A DNA stretch of 64,000 nt from a virus. The DNA lies in IMG/VR virus record IMGVR_UViG_3300042482_000679. One strand, given 5' to 3'. Made by a program: the position numbers and the translations under genes. This document shows, one piece after another, positions 17,999-28,275 of this stretch. The notes below the pieces were generated by a model. It had not been told where the DNA came from and ran no database searches. It worked only from the letters and a program-made list of their open reading frames with translations. How positions within the stretch are numbered: position 1 is the first letter of the stretch; every line of letters starts with the position of its first letter.

Positions 17999-20900
17999 TT
18001 AGATATTTTCAAACGAAGCTCCTGTTGGAGTAATGAAGAATTCGATATCGATGAATTCAAGTGCCTTCGTTGGTTTTAAGTAAATTTTACCTGTTAATGT
18101 ATTTCTGTCTAAATCTTCAGGTGAAGAACTTACTGTTACACGGAAGTCGTAAAGACCTCTATCTCTTCTGATTGAATCCAAGATTGGGTTTACAGAATCC
18201 AAGAATTGTTGTCTTACGATTTCGTCGTTTTGTTCAAACAATAATCTTACAGCTACCGCTGAAATCAACTTACGAGCTTGTAGTAACAATCTTCTTACGT
18301 TCAATCTGTTCAATGCTGAATCAGAAACTTGTAGAGTTTTGTTACCCCAAATTACTGTTCCTACGTCTGCGAAAGTTGCGATAGGGTTGATACGACCTTG
18401 GTAAAGAGTATCTCTATCTTCTTGAGTTAGTTTTAATCTTGCTTTGATTGAGTTTACAAGACCTCTTGTGTAACCCGCAGATGCGAACCAAGGGAATGAA
18501 ATGTTATCAGTCAATGCTAAGTTTCTACAAACTTCACCTGTTGGGGGTAGATAGATTTGAGTGTTGTTAACAGTATCTCTTGTTAAAATCCAAGGATAGA
18601 ACGTTGCTGTATAACTTGAGTCGATACCTGTTTGGTCAAGATTATCAACCGCTTCTTGAGGGTAAATAATTTCAAATTGACTGTTAGCGTCAGGTGTATA
18701 CATATTGTAATCAGGTGTTGTTACAATGTAAACAGAGTCCGCTCTTTCGTTAGACACCATTCCGATTGCCAATTCACACAAGTTAGAATTGTTAACATAA
18801 TCGATACTTGCGGTTGCAAATACATTGATGTTTGTTGATTCAGGGTTGTTGAACGACAAGATACCAAGTAAGTATGCGTAGTAGTCGGTGTTAGCAAAGT
18901 CTTGAGTGTTGTTAGCAACAACTATTCTTTTAAATGTACCGTCTCCTGTAGCGTTAGGGTATCTAACTGATGGGTAAGCACCTTGTAAGAAACCTGATGC
19001 ACCTAATGCGAATCTGTCTTGGTTTGTTCTAAACTCTCTATAGATATCCCATCCGTCAAATCCACCTTGGAAACACATAGTGTATTTTCTTGAATATAAG
19101 AAGTAGTATGGGTTTTCTTGAGTTGTAGGTTCGTCAGAGAAATTAGCTACACCACAAACAAACGCCGCTTGTCCACTAGTTACGAATGCATCACCGATAG
19201 TTACAATTGTTGCTCCTGAATCCATATGGAAACCTTGTGTTAAGTAATTCCAAGGTGCCGATTCTGTAGCCAAGTACCAGTTAGTAACAGGATTTTGTTT
19301 ACCTTTGTATTGTAACAAGTCAGAATCAATACCTAAAGAACTTGAAAAACCTAAGTAAGTTCTTCTTACGATATCTCCTGATGAGGTTACAATGTTAGAA
19401 CCACCTGCAGTTGTACCAAATGGTGGGTCAAATACTGTTTCACCTGGATAATAATATTTGTTTTTGATTATTGCGAAAGGTGATGGATTTGATGCTGTTT
19501 CGTAAACTCTTGATTCTAAACCATAGAATCCACAAGGAAGTGCATCTATTACATATTCGTCAGATAACTCAATCATAATATATGCCGAGTTTAAAGGATA
19601 TTCACCATCTGATGAACCAACTTTTTTAGCTACGAAACTGTTTGAACCCGGGTCCATCGTACAGTTTGTGTATTTTTCATAAACAACAGGATTAGCATCT
19701 GTGTCAAAGAAATCACGAACTAAGATGTCAAATGTCATATTACTGAACGAAAGGTTAGCAATTGAAATTTTAACTTCTGTGTTAGCTGAGTTACCATCAG
19801 AGATAGAAACAAATCTAAATAATTTGTAAACCTTGTTACCTCTTAATTCAGATACAACATAAGGTGTTTTAGGTGTTTGATATCTATCAAGGTACCAAGC
19901 GATTGTCGTTGTAGATGAAGTATCTCTCGCTTCAGGTAAAGCAACCATTTCTGGCTGAATACCTCTAATGTAACCTTTATTATAACCATAGTTTAAAAGA
20001 CCAGGGTAAGACTCCTCAACAAATACAGGAACTTGAGTTCTTGGTTTGAAGAAGTTTGTCACACCTAATACTTTTGTAATATAATTTGAATTATTTGATT
20101 GGAATGATACATCAAATGTAAATCCTGAACCTTGATAAGTTGCCCCACTCAATTGGAATGTTGCAAAAGGACTTTGTGATATACCTGAGTATGCGCCTGT
20201 TGTAACCATTTGTAAATCTGTAAGACCTGTAACTTGGTAAGTCATACCGTGGTCGTTAGCGTCATAGATTGAAATACCTCTTGAACGTAGAGTTGCAACA
20301 ACCAAGTTATTGTAATCTGTATAAGCAGTACCACTATAAGTGTAGATACTACCTGACAATGTTCCGTAGAATGTTCCCGAAGCGCCTGTAAAGTAATTTG
20401 AAACCGCATAATCCCAAGAATAACCTGAGTAACCATTACCTGTTGTTGGATTGAATGCTGCGTAGAACCAAGTGTCGTTGTTTCCGTCAGTTAAATCGTT
20501 AGCTTCCAAATCAATACTATCACAACCAAATTGGTTAGTTAAACCTGTAAATGTTCCATCAAGGTTTGTATAACCTGTTGTTGGGATTGCTCCGTAAACA
20601 ACTGCAGTTGTTGCTGAAAGATTTGTATTACCTGATATACTTTGTACAAACGATGTGATGTCTGAATTATAAGTTGATGTTGAACCATCCGCTAATGTAT
20701 ACTGAACATTCAACTCATTAGATAACACTGAAGGTAATGACGATGTGAATGTAATCGTACTACCTGATGAATATCCACTAAAGTTTGCAGTAAAGTTTTG
20801 AGGGATAGCATATCCTGTGTCAATTCCAACAGTTGTTCCATCAACATTGGCAATTAATCTAATTGACCAAGATGGACCAGCATCATACCCTGACAAACCT

Positions 20901-21199
20901 AAAATTCTTGTTACGAATAATTGGTTAGATTGTTGTAGGTAAGACTTTGCAATGTAAGCCGCCTCATATTTAGGGATTTGAGTTCCGATAAATTTTACTG
21001 GTTCTGTTCCACCAAAAAATGTTTGGAATTCATCGTAATTTGTAATGAAGATTGGTTCGAAGGCTGGACCCTTTAAAGTCTCCCCAACTAATCCCAAAGT
21101 TGTAACACCTACGCTTTGTGCTACGAAAGATAAGTCTGTTTCTGAAGTATAAACGCCGGGTGAGACGAAAACCTTTTGATTTGCTTGTGCTGTTGCCAT
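17999..21199 (-). CDS. Tail sheath protein (gp18-like)
   Basis: N-terminal SPGVYTSETDLS and C-terminal PWFASAGYTRG, RDTLYQGRINPI, IWGNKTL, LNRLNVRRLL, LFEQND motifs. Confidence 0.95.
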   Translation of the reverse strand: MATAQANQKVFVSPGVYTSETDLSFVAQSVGVTTLGLVGETLKGPAFEPIFITNYDEFQTFFGGTEPVKFIGTQIPKYEAAYIAKSYLQQSNQLFVTRILGLSGYDAGPSWSIRLIANVDGTTVGIDTGYAIPQNFTANFSGYSSGSTITFTSSLPSVLSNELNVQYTLADGSTSTYNSDITSFVQSISGNTNLSATTAVVYGAIPTTGYTNLDGTFTGLTNQFGCDSIDLEANDLTDGNNDTWFYAAFNPTTGNGYSGYSWDYAVSNYFTGASGTFYGTLSGSIYTYSGTAYTDYNNLVVATLRSRGISIYDANDHGMTYQVTGLTDLQMVTTGAYSGISQSPFATFQLSGATYQGSGFTFDVSFQSNNSNYITKVLGVTNFFKPRTQVPVFVEESYPGLLNYGYNKGYIRGIQPEMVALPEARDTSSTTTIAWYLDRYQTPKTPYVVSELRGNKVYKLFRFVSISDGNSANTEVKISIANLSFSNMTFDILVRDFFDTDANPVVYEKYTNCTMDPGSNSFVAKKVGSSDGEYPLNSAYIMIELSDEYVIDALPCGFYGLESRVYETASNPSPFAIIKNKYYYPGETVFDPPFGTTAGGSNIVTSSGDIVRRTYLGFSSSLGIDSDLLQYKGKQNPVTNWYLATESAPWNYLTQGFHMDSGATIVTIGDAFVTSGQAAFVCGVANFSDEPTTQENPYYFLYSRKYTMCFQGGFDGWDIYREFRTNQDRFALGASGFLQGAYPSVRYPNATGDGTFKRIVVANNTQDFANTDYYAYLLGILSFNNPESTNINVFATASIDYVNNSNLCELAIGMVSNERADSVYIVTTPDYNMYTPDANSQFEIIYPQEAVDNLDQTGIDSSYTATFYPWILTRDTVNNTQIYLPPTGEVCRNLALTDNISFPWFASAGYTRGLVNSIKARLKLTQEDRDTLYQGRINPIATFADVGTVIWGNKTLQVSDSALNRLNVRRLLLQARKLISAVAVRLLFEQNDEIVRQQFLDSVNPILDSIRRDRGLYDFRVTVSSSPEDLDRNTLTGKIYLKPTKALEFIDIEFFITPTGASFENI

Positions 21200-21299
21200 T
21201 TAGTTATTCTTTTCTAAAAATGAATTTATTTTTATCATAAATATTTGATTAAAACACAAAAAACTTGACTTTTGAATATGTATTTGTAAACGGTAAGAA

Positions 21300-21321
21300 T
21301 TTATTCTGCCTTTATTCTGCC
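21300..21321 (+). repeat. Tandem direct repeat TTTATTCTGCC x2 (candidate operator)
   Basis: Two exact 11-mers ending 2 nt before ATG 21324. Confidence 0.7.
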
Positions 21322-21323
21322 TT

Positions 21324-21488
21324 ATGGACAAAACACCTCATAAAATAAAGAATTTAAAGATTTCTGTTGAAGCACACACAATGTTAAAAAAACACTGTGA
21401 AAAACACGGTTTAAAGATTTATAAGTTTTTGGAAAACTTAATTGCCGAAAAGTGTAAAGAAAAAAAAGATATCTACGGAGAGGATTAA
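21324..21488 (+). CDS. Small ribbon-helix-helix-like DNA-binding protein (54 aa)
   Basis: Absent from the ORF track. MDKTPHKIKNLKISVEAHTMLKKHCEKHGLKIYKFLENLIAEKCKEKKDIYGED* shows a strand, helix, G-turn, helix pattern. Confidence 0.65.
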   Translation: MDKTPHKIKNLKISVEAHTMLKKHCEKHGLKIYKFLENLIAEKCKEKKDIYGED

Positions 21489-22528
21489 ACCAACTTGGCA
21501 ACAAAGTCTATATTTGCTTCTTGACCAACAGTTTCTTTATTAACCTCAATCAAAATAATATCATTTGTGTTGAGTTGGATTAAGTCTAAATCAGAACCAT
21601 AGTAATCGCCATTTATGTAAACATCAAATGAATCAACATTTGTTGTACCCATTAAATTTAAATCAATTCGGTAATCAACAATATCACTTAAACTTGTATT
21701 ACCCGATGTGTAAATAAAATTGAATGGAAATTCATTTGGGTTTGGTGGCATAATCTCTGCTCGTTTAGCATTTGCCAAACTTGCATCAACTTCAAATAAT
21801 TCTAATACTCTACTAACCGCGGGTTTTACTTGGAACTCTTCTTCGTCAATCAAGTAACCTAACATTGTAAAATCATAACTTTGGACATAATATTTTCTTT
21901 TGTCCAAATCCATAACAGAATTATCCGTAACGTTATCCATAATGATTGGAACATACTGACCTTTAATAAAGGTATATGCCTGTCTTGATGAAAAAGTTTG
22001 CATCACATTTTTATTAAATGTGTTTAACTCTCTCATTCTATTACAGATTATTTTTACACTATATTTTATATCCACAGGAACAGGTTGGGGGATTGTATAA
22101 ACATCATACCCTTTTACGTTTCCGTTCCAAGTAGGAACTGTAGCATAATAAAATTGTTTTCTATTTGGAATAGTATACTGTGTGGATGGATTGGTTCCGT
22201 ATTTAACTTCAGGATTTCTAACTGTTGTAATAAATGGTGGGTTCGTATTGAAGTCAGGGTCTTTGAAGTTCCAAGTTTCAGTAAACTGTGACCAATTTTG
22301 TGTTGTGATAATTTTATCAATAACAGGAACTGTTTTACCCTCAACAACAAGTTTTAAAGAATCCTTAACAAAATCGAGCATACCCCTATCCAAATCAGCG
22401 TGTAATACGGACTTTGGTAGATATGTCCCATCTTTTTGAATATACTCAAGAAGTTCTCGTCTTCTTTCGGATAAAATTTTTGGTGGAACTAAATCTATGT
22501 TTGGTTTTATTTGCTTTGGGAACCCCAT
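21485..22528 (-). CDS. Tail completion / sheath stabiliser (gp15-like)
   Basis: PQPVPVDIKYSVKII...ELN and SYDFTMLGYLIDEE motifs; upstream of the sheath; ATG 22528 preferred. Confidence 0.6.
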   Translation of the reverse strand: MGFPKQIKPNIDLVPPKILSERRRELLEYIQKDGTYLPKSVLHADLDRGMLDFVKDSLKLVVEGKTVPVIDKIITTQNWSQFTETWNFKDPDFNTNPPFITTVRNPEVKYGTNPSTQYTIPNRKQFYYATVPTWNGNVKGYDVYTIPQPVPVDIKYSVKIICNRMRELNTFNKNVMQTFSSRQAYTFIKGQYVPIIMDNVTDNSVMDLDKRKYYVQSYDFTMLGYLIDEEEFQVKPAVSRVLELFEVDASLANAKRAEIMPPNPNEFPFNFIYTSGNTSLSDIVDYRIDLNLMGTTNVDSFDVYINGDYYGSDLDLIQLNTNDIILIEVNKETVGQEANIDFVAKLV

Positions 22529-22529
22529 A

Positions 22530-22943
22530 TTAGTTATTAACAATAAAAATTTTATTTTTACGATTTACCATATCAACCGCATTGGCGTGAAATACTGGTT
22601 CTTCAGTATCTTTGTAAACAAATGAGTCATAAACATCGGGCTTATATGTTACAACAATACCGTTTGGTTCTTTAGGGATATTTTCACAAGGGTATTGACA
22701 AAAATCTTCCAAGTAACCAATAACAAATGCGTGAACATTTTTTGATTTTTCACGACGAACTCGGTCTCTACCACCCTTTCTAACTCTGAACTCCACATCA
22801 CTTAATTTTACAAAGTCGGCGTGCATAATAACCTTACCATCAAACGTTACTGAAAAAGTATGTTTGTGTAGGTTATAATACACCATAACTCTTTTACCTA
22901 AAAAGGCAGATTCAAATTGTGATTCAGTAATTAGTATTTTCAT
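22530..22943 (-). CDS. Hypothetical phage protein (MKILITESQ N-terminus)
   Basis: 137-aa ORF with VYYNLHK and KNVHAFV motifs. Confidence 0.65.
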   Translation of the reverse strand: MKILITESQFESAFLGKRVMVYYNLHKHTFSVTFDGKVIMHADFVKLSDVEFRVRKGGRDRVRREKSKNVHAFVIGYLEDFCQYPCENIPKEPNGIVVTYKPDVYDSFVYKDTEEPVFHANAVDMVNRKNKIFIVNN

Positions 22944-22952
22944 ATATTATAA

Positions 22953-23249
22953 TTATTTTGAACAATAGTTATCGTAGGTGTGAATAAAGAAATCCCTAAA
23001 TTGTGATTGATACCCATTGTCAATAAGATATTGATAGATATACTCATATAAATCATCATTACCAATTTGTTCACATAATTGTTCGACAATATTTGCCATT
23101 GATGAATCAACATATTCTCTAATTTCATCTTTACTCCAATAATCACAAACAGAATCACGGTCCAAGTCACTTATGTGTTCATCGACATACCCCAATCTTC
23201 GTTGTAGTCTTAACATATTGTATTGTCTCTCTGTGATGATGATTTTCAT
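22953..23249 (-). CDS. Hypothetical protein (MKIIITERQ N-terminus)
   Basis: 98-aa ORF coupled to the upstream gene by TAATG. Confidence 0.6.
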   Translation of the reverse strand: MKIIITERQYNMLRLQRRLGYVDEHISDLDRDSVCDYWSKDEIREYVDSSMANIVEQLCEQIGNDDLYEYIYQYLIDNGYQSQFRDFFIHTYDNYCSK

Positions 23250-23764
23250 TAAAATCCGTCAAATTCATTTACCGTAACCGGGGTTGCGATAATTGTTCTG
23301 TAGAATGGTTTGTAACCACCATACGTATGTTTATTGTCTGAAGTAACCCTTCCATCATCGGCTACAGAGAAATATCTAACCTTATCTTCAGTTAAATAAT
23401 AACCCAAGTAATCACCAAACATTACATCAACACCAAGTTCATCAAGATAAGATTGGTAAACAGAAAATTTCATATTACCAGGTTCCATTTGTTCAACCCT
23501 ACTCTGACCTAAGAATTGTGTGGTAGGTGCCATAATTTGAACAAGACCCTTAAGTTCAACAGGGGGTAGGTATTTGATACCACCTTCCAAAGCTTCTCCA
23601 TAAACATCATCAGTATTTGTTTTATATCTGTCGACTCTATAAAGGATTACGGTAAAGTTCATATCACCCTCTAACCACTCTGAACCCATTGCAATATCAA
23701 GGGCATAATCCTCACCACCAAAGAATTTACCTAATCTTGTAATTGGAACTAATTTTTCTCCCAT
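23249..23764 (-). CDS. Neck / head-closure protein (gp14-like)
   Basis: TNTDDVYGEA, PPVEL and GDY motifs; position near gp15- and gp13-like genes. Confidence 0.6.
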   Translation of the reverse strand: MGEKLVPITRLGKFFGGEDYALDIAMGSEWLEGDMNFTVILYRVDRYKTNTDDVYGEALEGGIKYLPPVELKGLVQIMAPTTQFLGQSRVEQMEPGNMKFSVYQSYLDELGVDVMFGDYLGYYLTEDKVRYFSVADDGRVTSDNKHTYGGYKPFYRTIIATPVTVNEFDGF

Positions 23765-23812
23765 ATTGATAAATACAATTATATTGATTATTATTATGTA
23801 AAATGCTTTTTG

Positions 23813-25567
23813 ATGGCAGAACCAAGAACAATAGAATCGAAGGCAATCAAGATTTTAGAGGAATACCAAGGGGCCAATAACCACATTATTAACTTAAAAA
23901 TTAAGTTAGAAAAAAACCCTAAATTTTTCCCTACAAGAAGCCAATGTGATTACATCTTTGAGAATAAAGATGTTGTACCTAAAGTTGCTCGTAAATGGGT
24001 GGTACTTGATTCATACTTTTCACAAAAACTTGCTGATGATAAATTCTTAATGACCGTCCCCGAAAAAATGTGGGTGGAAAAGATTTTATGTGAAAGAGAT
24101 AAAGCGTTTCATATTTGGGGAAAGTTTTTTGAATCCGATGAATTACAAGAATATTGGGTTCCGAAGGCATCTATTATCAAAGACAATAAGGTTAATATTG
24201 GTGAAATAGATTATTCAAAATATTCTCATCGTCCTCCATTGGACCACCAAAAAATTGCAATCGAACAATTATTAAGAAATAAGAAATACATTTTGGCTGA
24301 TGATATGGGGTTAGGTAAAACTACCTCAACAATTATCGCATCATTAGAGACAGGTGCTAAAAAGATTTTAATTATCTGTCCAGCATCTTTAAAGATTAAC
24401 TGGCAACGAGAATATCAACTTTACAGTAACAAAACAAGTTATGTTTGTGAAGGTAAAAACTACTCAAGTGAACACGATATTTTGATAATGAATTATGATA
24501 TTATCAAAAATTTCCACGATACAAAAAACAAAGAAAAGTCTCAAATTTTTAAAGACAAGTTTGATTTAGTAATCATTGATGAAGCACACTACATTCAAAA
24601 TGTCCAAGCTCAAAGAACAAAATTAATTAACGATATTGTTAAAGATGTTGATAGACTTTGGTTATTAACAGGTACCCCGATGACATCAAGACCAATTAAT
24701 TATTTTAATTTGTTATCGTTGGTTGACTCTCCTGTTGCTAAGAATTGGATGGCGTATGTTGTCAGATATTGTGCAGGATATCAGTTCAAAGTAGGACCAA
24801 GAAAAGTTTGGAATGTAATGGGAGCGTCTAACTTGGAGGAATTAAGAGACCGAACTACAACAACGGTTCTTCGTCGTTTAAAAGAAGACGTTTTAGATTT
24901 ACCTGATAAAATCATAACACCAGTTTATTTACGACTCAAGTCAAAATTGTACGAGGAGGTAATGGGTGATTATTATAATTGGTATGAAAAAAATCCTGAC
25001 GAGAGTAAAAACTTATCTCTTCAGTTTACAAAGTTAACTCAAGTTAGACAGGTTATCGCAGATGAAAAAGTTAACCACACAATTGAACTTGCAGAGAACA
25101 TAATAGAACAAGGAAAAAAAGTTATCATTTTTTGTAATTTTACAAACTCTTTAGAAAAAATATGTGAACACTTTGGTAAATCTGCGGTGCGTCTTGATGG
25201 GTCAATGTCAAAAACGCAAAGACAAGATTCGGTTGACAGATTCCAAGAAGATGACAAAGTAAAAGTGTTTGTCGGTAATATTAAAGCCGCAGGTGTGGGT
25301 ATCACACTAACCGCAGCTGAAGCTGTTATTATGAACGATTTGTCATTCTTACCGTCTGACCACAGTCAATCTGAGGACCGAGCTTACCGATACGGACAGA
25401 AAAATAATGTTTTGGTTTACTACCCAATTTTTGAAAATACAATCGAAGGAATCATCTATGACATACTCAATAACAAGAAAAAAATTATTGGAACCGTGAT
25501 GGGTGATACTCAAGATGAAACAAATGTTGTTGAGGAAATTTTGAAAGAGATTAGTAGAATGAGATAA
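23813..25567 (+). CDS. SNF2-family (SMARCAL1/HARP-like) helicase
   Basis: LADDMGLGKT, DEAH, LTGTP, LRRLK, GVGITLT and QSEDRAYRYGQ motifs. Confidence 0.9.
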   Translation: MAEPRTIESKAIKILEEYQGANNHIINLKIKLEKNPKFFPTRSQCDYIFENKDVVPKVARKWVVLDSYFSQKLADDKFLMTVPEKMWVEKILCERDKAFHIWGKFFESDELQEYWVPKASIIKDNKVNIGEIDYSKYSHRPPLDHQKIAIEQLLRNKKYILADDMGLGKTTSTIIASLETGAKKILIICPASLKINWQREYQLYSNKTSYVCEGKNYSSEHDILIMNYDIIKNFHDTKNKEKSQIFKDKFDLVIIDEAHYIQNVQAQRTKLINDIVKDVDRLWLLTGTPMTSRPINYFNLLSLVDSPVAKNWMAYVVRYCAGYQFKVGPRKVWNVMGASNLEELRDRTTTTVLRRLKEDVLDLPDKIITPVYLRLKSKLYEEVMGDYYNWYEKNPDESKNLSLQFTKLTQVRQVIADEKVNHTIELAENIIEQGKKVIIFCNFTNSLEKICEHFGKSAVRLDGSMSKTQRQDSVDRFQEDDKVKVFVGNIKAAGVGITLTAAEAVIMNDLSFLPSDHSQSEDRAYRYGQKNNVLVYYPIFENTIEGIIYDILNNKKKIIGTVMGDTQDETNVVEEILKEISRMR

Positions 25568-25608
25568 AAGTGTATCTTCCTGTTATTTATAAGGAAATAT
25601 ACCTTAAT

Positions 25609-27138
25609 ATGCAACACTTACAAGAATCAGTAGAAAGAGTTGAAAAACAAATTTTACAAGAACAAAAAAAAGAAGAGGTAAAAGTTTTAATTAACGAAAT
25701 GAAGAAGATAGGTATTGAAGACCTACCTTATGCCTACACAGCCCTGAAAAGATTTATTGACCCCGAAACAATGAATGTTCATTACAACAAACATTACAAG
25801 GGTTATGTAAATAAGTTAAATGACTTACTCTCTAAAAGAAAATCAAAAAACAACGATTTAGAAAAAATCATAAGAAACATTTCAAAGTATCCAAAGGCAG
25901 TTAGAGATAATGCAGGTGGGGCGTTTAACCACGCATTGTTTTGGAATATGTTATCACCAAAACCGATGAAAGTTGGTAATGATATTAAACAAAGAATCAT
26001 AAAAGATTTTGGTAGTTTTGATAGATTCAAAAAAGAATTTGAAAAAATTGCAACAGAAAGATTTGGTTCAGGTTGGGTTTGGTTGATTATTACTAAAAAA
26101 AATACTCTAAAGGTGATGTCCACTCCAAACCAAGACAATCCACTAATGAATGTTATTGAGGATGGGGGATTCCCATTGTTAGGTTTAGACTTATGGGAAC
26201 ACGCTTACTATCTAAAATACAAAAACAAAAGAGACGAATACATTAAAAACTTTTGGACCGCAGTTAATTGGGATTTTGTCGAGGGGTTATACAAGATGAG
26301 GTCTGAGACTCGTTTAACTGAAATAAAAGAAGTTAAAGGTTTAATCTTGGAAGGTAAATCTGAAAGTTGTTCTAAAGAAGAAAAAGATTTTTACCGAGTT
26401 TTATTTAGTGTTAATGAAAATGTTGTTGAGGTTTACAAGAACACAATTAATAAAATAATTAAAAGAAAATTTGCTGACAAGTGGTTCCCTTATTCTAAAG
26501 GTGAATTAGCGGGTGTATACAATTTAGAAAAAGAAGGTCGTTCAGATATAAATTATTTAAACACAAACTACACCGTAATTTGTCCATTAATAAAAGATAT
26601 TAATAAAGTTATTACTCGTTCAGGTCAAGAACCAATATCATTTGCGGTACCACCACAAAATCAAGTTGCAGAAATGAAAAGACTCTGTAACTATATTGAA
26701 AAATATCAGGACAGAATTTTTGACCCAAAAAGTGCAACATTCCAAAATATGATGTCGTTATTACTTCGTACAAATGAACAAGGGTCTAAACGAGAAGAAT
26801 TTGCAAAAAAAGTAATTACCGAAAAAATACCAAATTCAAAAGTTGTTACAACTGCAGGGTCTGGTTCAGTCAAAGATGCCGTCCAAAAAATTGACTTAGA
26901 AGTTTTCATAAATGGTCAAAAAAATACTTGTCAGGTAAAGGGTTTTATGGAATTAAAACCTGCCGATGGTAAAATAGTTATTATTGGTAGTGGTGAAGTA
27001 AGATACTATAATGTTGATTGGATGGTGTTTGTTAACATAAAAATGAGAAGAGTTGTTATCTTCAGAAACACACCAAATATTGTTATGGGAGAGTATGTTT
27101 TTGATGAGTCAGATTTGATTTACAACTTAAACCTTTAA
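25609..27138 (+). CDS. sod: Fe/Mn superoxide dismutase (Mn-type signature) fused to a C-terminal domain of unknown function
   Basis: LPYAYTAL, HYNKHYKGY, NAGGAFNHALFW, FGSGWVWL, NQDNP and DLWEHAYY motifs, plus about 260 extra C-terminal residues. ATG 25609 follows a TATTTATA motif. Confidence 0.85.
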   Translation: MQHLQESVERVEKQILQEQKKEEVKVLINEMKKIGIEDLPYAYTALKRFIDPETMNVHYNKHYKGYVNKLNDLLSKRKSKNNDLEKIIRNISKYPKAVRDNAGGAFNHALFWNMLSPKPMKVGNDIKQRIIKDFGSFDRFKKEFEKIATERFGSGWVWLIITKKNTLKVMSTPNQDNPLMNVIEDGGFPLLGLDLWEHAYYLKYKNKRDEYIKNFWTAVNWDFVEGLYKMRSETRLTEIKEVKGLILEGKSESCSKEEKDFYRVLFSVNENVVEVYKNTINKIIKRKFADKWFPYSKGELAGVYNLEKEGRSDINYLNTNYTVICPLIKDINKVITRSGQEPISFAVPPQNQVAEMKRLCNYIEKYQDRIFDPKSATFQNMMSLLLRTNEQGSKREEFAKKVITEKIPNSKVVTTAGSGSVKDAVQKIDLEVFINGQKNTCQVKGFMELKPADGKIVIIGSGEVRYYNVDWMVFVNIKMRRVVIFRNTPNIVMGEYVFDESDLIYNLNL

Positions 27139-27154
27139 TAAACTATTTATAGGT

Positions 27155-28273
27155 ATGGCAGCAATTCCAGAACCAGAAAGAAGTAAAATTTATACGAGAA
27201 TTAAACATCAGTTAGGTGCACCACTTAGAAGTGTTGAACTTGAAGATGAAATGATGGACTCGTTAATGGAACTATCAATCCAAGACTATGAACAATATGT
27301 TTTAGATTGGTTAATAGAATCTCAATGGGTTAACTTGGTTAACCTTAATATGAGTGAAAAATCAGTTGCAAACGCACTAATTACAAGAACATTTAATCTT
27401 GAGGACCAATACACCTATGCATATTCAAAGATTGTTGGTCTACAAACAGTTGGTCCTTGGGTTCTTAAAAAAGATTACTTTATTCTTAGTGCCAACACAC
27501 AAACTTATGAGATACCAGCAGGTCGTGAGGTAAACGAATTACTATGGTTTTCAAACCAACCTTGGCAAAACGTGGCTCTTTGGGGTACCGCTGATTTTGG
27601 TTTTGCAGGCGTAGGTCTTGGTGGTAACCAAGCGGGTTATGCACAATATGGTAACGCAGGTTCGTACTTTATGATGAGTGGTTTTGACTACCTAATTAGA
27701 TATCAAGAAGCAAATATTCTTAACCGAATCTTAGGTGGTTCATTAACCTATAGAATTACAGGATTACCGGACGGTAAAAAAATGGTTCATTTGTATAATA
27801 CACCTGGTGGTAATTTTAACTGGAGTAACTATTCTGAATACGCAGGTAAAGCCGTATGGTATTGGTATTATGATGTTGATGGTGATAGTAGAAAAGATTG
27901 TTTAAGAGACAATCCTGACGTTATCAAATTACCTTCAGACGTTCCAATCGAAGACTTAAGTTGGGAAGATTTAAATGCTCCCGCACAACAATGGGTTAGA
28001 AGATGGTTTACCGCTTACTGTAAAGAAACTTTAGCGAGAGTTAGAGGAAAATACTCAGGTAATTTAAAAACCCCTGATAGTGAACTTGTAATGGATTATC
28101 AGTCACTTTTAACTGAAGCTAAAGACGAAAAGACTAAATTAGACGAAGAATTAAAAGCAAGACTTGAAAGATTACGTCCTGAAAAACAAATGGAAAAAGA
28201 AGCTCTAACGGCAGAAAACCTGAATAAACAAATGAAATTTAGGGCAATGCCTCGTCAAATTTATGTTATCTAA
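27155..28273 (+). CDS. Neck protein (gp13-like)
   Basis: LGAPLRSVEL.DE and WVRRW..AYCKETLARVRGKYSG...L..EAK.EK motifs; TATTTATA directly upstream. Confidence 0.75.
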   Translation: MAAIPEPERSKIYTRIKHQLGAPLRSVELEDEMMDSLMELSIQDYEQYVLDWLIESQWVNLVNLNMSEKSVANALITRTFNLEDQYTYAYSKIVGLQTVGPWVLKKDYFILSANTQTYEIPAGREVNELLWFSNQPWQNVALWGTADFGFAGVGLGGNQAGYAQYGNAGSYFMMSGFDYLIRYQEANILNRILGGSLTYRITGLPDGKKMVHLYNTPGGNFNWSNYSEYAGKAVWYWYYDVDGDSRKDCLRDNPDVIKLPSDVPIEDLSWEDLNAPAQQWVRRWFTAYCKETLARVRGKYSGNLKTPDSELVMDYQSLLTEAKDEKTKLDEELKARLERLRPEKQMEKEALTAENLNKQMKFRAMPRQIYVI

Positions 28274-28275
28274 TT

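Noticed and set aside
21322-21504. Minus-strand 60-aa ORF from the track
   Set aside because: The plus-strand 54-aa RHH-like ORF has an ATG start and a more protein-like sequence.
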